Source of the DNA: Acidobacteriota bacterium
Lineage (GTDB): Bacteria; Acidobacteriota; CAIWXX01
Direction: 5' to 3'
Length of the DNA stretch: 64,000 bases
Assembly: GCA_040755995.1 (NCBI GenBank)
Contig: JBFMAF010000036.1
Location: 160,001 to 224,000 of the forward strand
The number at the start of each line of letters is the position of its first letter. The first letter of the stretch is position 1. The position numbers and the translations under genes are program-made. Shown piece after piece: positions 61,101-64,000 of the stretch. The notes below the pieces were generated by a model. It was not told the DNA's origin. It did no database searches and saw only the letters and a list, made by a program, of their open reading frames with translations.

Positions 61101-61504
61101 GTTCCGGCCGCGAGCGCCACGCGCGTCCGACTCTTCGGAGTGCCTACGTCGCCCCTCGAAGCGCCGCGGAACGGTTCATCGCCGAGATCTGCGAAAACCT
61201 CCTGGGCATCGACCGCGTAGGCGTCGAAGACAACTTCTTCGACCTCGGCGGCCATTCGCTTCTCGCCACGCAACTCGTTTCCCGCGTTCGTGAGCGATTC
61301 GGTATCGAGATCCCGCTCCGCTCCGTCTTCGATTTCCCGACCACCGCAGGCCTGGCCCAGCTCATTCAACCGGGTGTCGAGGAGACCGCGGAGAACGATC
61401 CGCTCGCCTCGTTGCTGAGCGAGATCGAAGGGCTGAGTGCCGAGGAGGTCGCTGCCGCGATCGCCGAGGAAGAGGAAATCCACCAGGGTGCAGGAAATGA
61501 CTGA
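55103..61504 (+). CDS. Hybrid NRPS-PKS: C-A(Ala)-PCP-KS-AT-ACP
   Basis: C HHVASDGWS; A code read as DLFNNALTYK (Ala-type); PCP LGGHSL; KS QTACSTS; AT GHSLG/HAFHS; ACP LGGHSL; ATGA coupling to the previous gene. Confidence 0.93.
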   Translation: MNDLRAVVRNLSAEKRDLLWRRLAVSSNKVRGSQPSIAIAARPQSGLLPLSYPQQRLWFLHQLDPSSVAYNVPVAARIRGPLNVEALEWSLSEIVRRHEALRTVFSLVDGKSVQIVEPPAAVRLSVRDARGLPDAEITPLIDGFCAAEARRAFDLTKDAMLRGSLLRVADEDHVLLLTVHHVASDGWSMGVLLHELTALYEAFEQGQPSPLPDLAVQYADYALWQQQRVRSGELQTQLAYWKRKLSGASPSLALPTTYPRPEVQTLNGAIASTTFPPDLTASLKDFSQSRGVTLFMTLLAALNVLLHRYSGQDDILVGSPLANRNRPEIENLIGFFVNTLVFRTDLSGDPPFEELLARVQQTTTEGYAHQDLPFEKLVEELRPDRDLSRPPVFQVMLALQNTPRPPLELSGLTLELLDVDCGAARFDVTFFMEDTPRGLVTKAEYNTDLFGSATITGMLEHLRAVLDGVLRRPDDRVSRLPLMTPSERHRLLVDWNDARATYPSDDGLHRIVERQVERSPKTVAVVHGNERLTFQDLNARANRLARYLRTLGVGPEVLVGVCLGRSADMVVSLLAVLKAGGAYVPLDPAYPEQRLAFILNDSRASVVITEQSILGALPAHQAQVLCLDLELDSIASQSAENLTAQPAPQNLAYLIYTSGSTGTPKAVAIEHRSAAAFVHWAGTVFSDEELAGVLASTSICFDLSIFEIFVTLSWGGKVILADNALHLTAIESAREVTLINTVPSAMAELVRAGAVPAGVRTVNLAGEPIPSELVRQIYSLGTVTRLLNLYGPSEDTTYSTFIPLDRSATRTPPIGRPIAGTQIYILDRHGDPVPQGVSGEIYIGGEGLARGYLGRPDLTADRFVPDPFCGRPGARLYRTGDLARYLADRNIDFLGRIDHQVKIRGFRIELGEIETALDQHPDVESSVAVLREDVPGDKRLAAYVVSRPGSALTPGELRHSLKMRLPEFMVPSAVVVLEAMPLTPNGKIDRARLPAPDPQHNEAVVDYVEPKGDIERTISTIWREVLRVERVGANDNFFDLGGHSLLLSQVYSTLVKTLGREIKLLDLFKFPTVGALARHLAQPGEATGASGARGHRGRARRDSFKRTDFNVAVIGMACRFPGARNVRQFWRNLCGGVESISFFSDEQLAAAGIEEPFLQNPNYVKARGVIEDVDQFDASFFGFSPREAEITDPQQRLFLECAWDALEDAGCDPTRFEGAIGVYAGSGMNSYVLNLIQNRDVVNAVGPFQTMIANDKDFLAPRVSYKLGLIGPSVSVQTACSTSLVAAHMACQSLLLGECDVALAGGVSIRIPQESGYIHQQGSIFSPDGHCRAFDAEARGMVGGNGAGIVVLKRLADAVADGDQVYAVIKGSAINNDGSLKVGFTAPSVSGQAKVIAEALYVANVDPATIGYVETHGTGTELGDPIEIAALTQAFGGRTGVAPTCAIGSVKTNVGHLDSAAGVAGLIKAALALHHKKIPPSLHFKTPNPKCDFENSPFFVNTELRDWDESRHPRRAGVSSLGIGGTNAHVVLEEAPAFERREDARPLQLLTLSAKSEAALVDASLDLAAHLGSDPNADLADVAFTLHVGRKEFEFREILVCSDRDDARRVLDELDTRRLFSGTSSEAPSVAFLFTGQGAQHAGMGWDLYRSERLFREQVDYCAGRLKPRLGLDLRTLLYPDSDEDRKRSSEQLRQTLYAQPALFTIEYALARLWMDWGIRPRAMIGHSLGEYVAACIAGVFSLDDAVQLVAARGALMQSAPPGAMLSLSMCERDLGSLVPPGLSIAAVNSPTHCVVSGPKDRVDSFRERLVHRSVGCSTLHVSHAFHSDMMDSILEPFVAAASEIRMRPPSIPFVSNLTGNWIQPKEAADPAYWARHLRSTVRFADGLRKLLDAPGVLLVEVGPGNTLAALAKEQTKGSSHTTVLSSMRHPLDQRSDVEYLLTTLGRLWVAGVPIDWSAFHRGEKRRRTSLPAYPFQRQRYWIQPPAAPAGTAVSLDQQSSGRERHARPTLRSAYVAPRSAAERFIAEICENLLGIDRVGVEDNFFDLGGHSLLATQLVSRVRERFGIEIPLRSVFDFPTTAGLAQLIQPGVEETAENDPLASLLSEIEGLSAEEVAAAIAEEEEIHQGAGND

Positions 61505-64000
61505 AGTAGCCAAACGCATCGAATCGCTCTCGCCGGAGCAACGCAGACTCCTGGAACTGCGCCTCCGGAAGCGGGGCAAGCAACCAGCCAAGCTCACCCT
61601 CATCCCTCGGCGAGAGAAGAGGGACACCGCAGTTCTTTCCTTCGCGCAGCAGCGGCTGTGGTTTCTCGACCAGCTGGAACCGGGCAGCCCCTCATACAAC
61701 ATCCCGACGGCGATACGGATCCGGGGTGTCCTGGACGTGGGGGCCCTCCAGAGGAGCCTCGACGAAGTCATCCGCCGGCACGAGTCGCTCAGGACCACGT
61801 TCCGAACGTCGGAGGGGCATGCCCTGCAGGTCATCGCGCCTGAGATCGTGCTGCCGATCGAAGTCGTCGAGATGGCCGAGACCTCGCCCGCGGAACAGGA
61901 AAGCGGTCTCCTGCGTCTGGCCGAGGAGCACGCGGGGAGGCCGTTCGATCTCACTCGTGGGCCGCTTCTTCGAGTCACCCTGGTGAGGGCGGATGAGCGG
62001 GATCATGTGCTGCTCGTGACGATGCACCACGTCATTTCGGACGGATGGTCGATGAGCATCCTGGTGCGCGAGATGTGCACCCTGTACCAGGCGTTCGCGA
62101 ACAGCTTGCCGTCGCCCCTGCCGCCCCTCCCGCTTCAGTACGCCGATTATGCATCGTGGCAGCGCGAATGGCTGCAGGGACCGACGCTCGAAGCCCAGCG
62201 GGCCTACTGGAAGACGCAGCTCGCGACGGCCCCTCCCACGCTCGACCTGCCGGCCGACCGTCCGAGCGATCCCGTGCCCGCCGCCAAGAGCGGTACTCGT
62301 TCGATGCGTCTTTCGAAGGAGCTCTCCAAGTCGCTCCGCGAGTTGAGTCAAGAACAGGGCACTACTCTGTTCATGACCCTCCTGGCCGTGTTCAAGCTGC
62401 TTCTCCACCGCCTCACGGGGCAGGAGGACATAGTCGTGGGATCGCCCATCGCCGGGCGGGGCCACTCACAAGTGGAAGGGCTTATCGGCTTTTTCGTCAA
62501 CACTCTCCTCCTGCGTACGGATCTCTCTGGGCGGCCGGCCTTCGCCGCGCTGCTGAAGCGCGTGCGCGACGTCACCCTCTCCGCCTACTCACACCAGGAG
62601 TACCCGTTCGAGAAGCTCGTCGAGGATCTGCACCCCGACCGGGACCTCGGCCGCAACCCCTTCTTCCAGGTCATGTTCAACCTGCTCAACACGCCGCACA
62701 CCTCGCTATCGACGCCGGGCCTCTCGTTCGAAGACGCTGAACTGACCGACACAGCAGCTCACTTTCCACTGACCTGCTACGTCGAGGACTTCGACGAGAC
62801 TCTGAACTTCAGGCTGGTCTTTCAAGCATCGATGTTCTCCTCTTCCCGCGTCGACTGCATGCTCGATCAGTACCGCCACCTGCTCGAACAGATTGTCGAT
62901 GCCCCGGAGAGATCGATCGGGAGCTTCTCTCTGCTGACACCGGCCTCCCGCGCGCTTCTCCCCGATCCATCAATCGCTCTCGATGTTCCAACGCACGCCC
63001 CGGTGACCGAAACGTTCATGTCATGGGTCCGGCGGACTCCGGATGCCACAGCCGTCTCCGTGGACGGTTCCTCCAGGACTTACCTCGAGTTGGGCGAGCG
63101 AGCGTCCGAGATCGCGCAGGTGCTGGTCGATCAAGGGCTGTCTCGCGGAGACGTTGTGGCCGTCGTCGGGTCGCGATGCTTCGGTCTTGTCGCGGGCATG
63201 TTGGGAGTGCTTCGCGCCGGCGGCGTGATGCTCTTGGTCGATCGGAATCTGCCTCTCGAGAGGCAGCGGGTCATGTTCGCGGAGAGCCGCGCGCGGTCCG
63301 CGCTGCTCATCGGCTGCGAGGCGATGGCTGATCCTGAGCTGGATCAGGACCGTTTTGACGTCGTGCGCCGCATCGACCGGGGTTGCGGGCGCGTGATCGG
63401 AGAGCCGGCTCGGTCGGAACATGCACGCCTCCCATCAGTGGGACCGGACGATCCCGCCTACATCTTCTTCACGTCAGGGAGCACCGGAACACCGAAGGGC
63501 ATTCTCGGCTCTCACAAAGGACTGAGCCACTTCGTCGCGTGGGAACGAGAGACATTCGGCGTTACATCCGAGGACAGGGTTGCGCAGCTGATCGCACTGT
63601 CGTTCGACGCCCTTCTGCGGGATTTCTTCTTGCCGCTAGTCAGTGGAGCGACCCTGTGCTTGCCCCCCGACGACGTCGACATGGGAGCCGACCAGATCGT
63701 CCCGTGGCTCGAACGGGAGCGCATCACTATCTTCCACACGGTTCCATCGATCGCGCGCACGTGGCTCGCCAATGCCCCCCGCGTGTCGCTGGGCTCGTTG
63801 CGATGGGCCTTCTTCGCCGGCGAACCGCTTCCCGAGGCGCTTGTTCGTCGCTGGCGGGAGACTTTCCCGGATTCAGGGAAGATCGTCAATCTCTACGGGT
63901 CGACCGAAACGACTCTCGTGAAGTTCTACTACGTCGTGCCCGATGAACCGCTGGCGGGAGTCCAGCCGGCCGGCTGGCCTCTTCCTCAGACGCAAGGGCT
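61497..64000 (+). CDS. NRPS (C-A...), truncated by the window edge; absent from the ORF track
   Basis: ATG 61497 gives MTEVAKRIESLSPEQRRLLELRL; LSFAQQRLWFL, MHHVISDGWS, IGFFVNTL, AYIFFTSGSTGTPKG, SFDALLRD, NLYGSTET. Confidence 0.92.
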   Translation, partial: MTEVAKRIESLSPEQRRLLELRLRKRGKQPAKLTLIPRREKRDTAVLSFAQQRLWFLDQLEPGSPSYNIPTAIRIRGVLDVGALQRSLDEVIRRHESLRTTFRTSEGHALQVIAPEIVLPIEVVEMAETSPAEQESGLLRLAEEHAGRPFDLTRGPLLRVTLVRADERDHVLLVTMHHVISDGWSMSILVREMCTLYQAFANSLPSPLPPLPLQYADYASWQREWLQGPTLEAQRAYWKTQLATAPPTLDLPADRPSDPVPAAKSGTRSMRLSKELSKSLRELSQEQGTTLFMTLLAVFKLLLHRLTGQEDIVVGSPIAGRGHSQVEGLIGFFVNTLLLRTDLSGRPAFAALLKRVRDVTLSAYSHQEYPFEKLVEDLHPDRDLGRNPFFQVMFNLLNTPHTSLSTPGLSFEDAELTDTAAHFPLTCYVEDFDETLNFRLVFQASMFSSSRVDCMLDQYRHLLEQIVDAPERSIGSFSLLTPASRALLPDPSIALDVPTHAPVTETFMSWVRRTPDATAVSVDGSSRTYLELGERASEIAQVLVDQGLSRGDVVAVVGSRCFGLVAGMLGVLRAGGVMLLVDRNLPLERQRVMFAESRARSALLIGCEAMADPELDQDRFDVVRRIDRGCGRVIGEPARSEHARLPSVGPDDPAYIFFTSGSTGTPKGILGSHKGLSHFVAWERETFGVTSEDRVAQLIALSFDALLRDFFLPLVSGATLCLPPDDVDMGADQIVPWLERERITIFHTVPSIARTWLANAPRVSLGSLRWAFFAGEPLPEALVRRWRETFPDSGKIVNLYGSTETTLVKFYYVVPDEPLAGVQPAGWPLPQTQG

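Overview
GC-rich bacterial DNA, probably from a Gram-negative organism (it encodes an apparent outer-membrane protein). The gene content is reminiscent of Acidobacteriota or Myxococcota, but that is inference. Left half (1-31.9 kb) is a patchwork of accessory genes: a LysM/peptidoglycan-binding protein next to a lysozyme + C39-like peptidase fusion, an ATE/Bpt aminoacyl-transferase, a cyclase-Ser/Thr kinase-TPR membrane receptor, a TIGR04076/SDR pair, two toxin-antitoxin loci (one with a nonsense-broken PIN gene), atypical M1 and S9 peptidases, a GAPOR-like tungsten oxidoreductase, a fused membrane/spermidine-synthase protein and two ABC systems. At about 31.95 kb a truncated DUF4160-like gene start suggests a junction. 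Beyond it lies a signalling cassette: PAS hybrid kinase, a small secreted CC-x5-CC peptide, a secreted PPC-TPR-CHAT protease, an ECF sigma factor and a zf-HC2/TM/TPR anti-sigma. This cassette directly precedes a hybrid lipopeptide NRPS-PKS cluster (FAAL-ACP-C-A-PCP-KS-AT-KR-ACP / DUF5916-like protein / KS-AT-ACP / C-A-PCP-KS-AT-ACP / C-A...) that runs off the right edge. The first megasynthase has an A domain lacking the amino-binding Asp, a KS with Cys->Ser at the active site, and a KR with Asn->Ser. No rRNA, tRNA, CRISPR array or transposase/integrase was recognised. All family calls come from reading motifs by eye, not from database searches.
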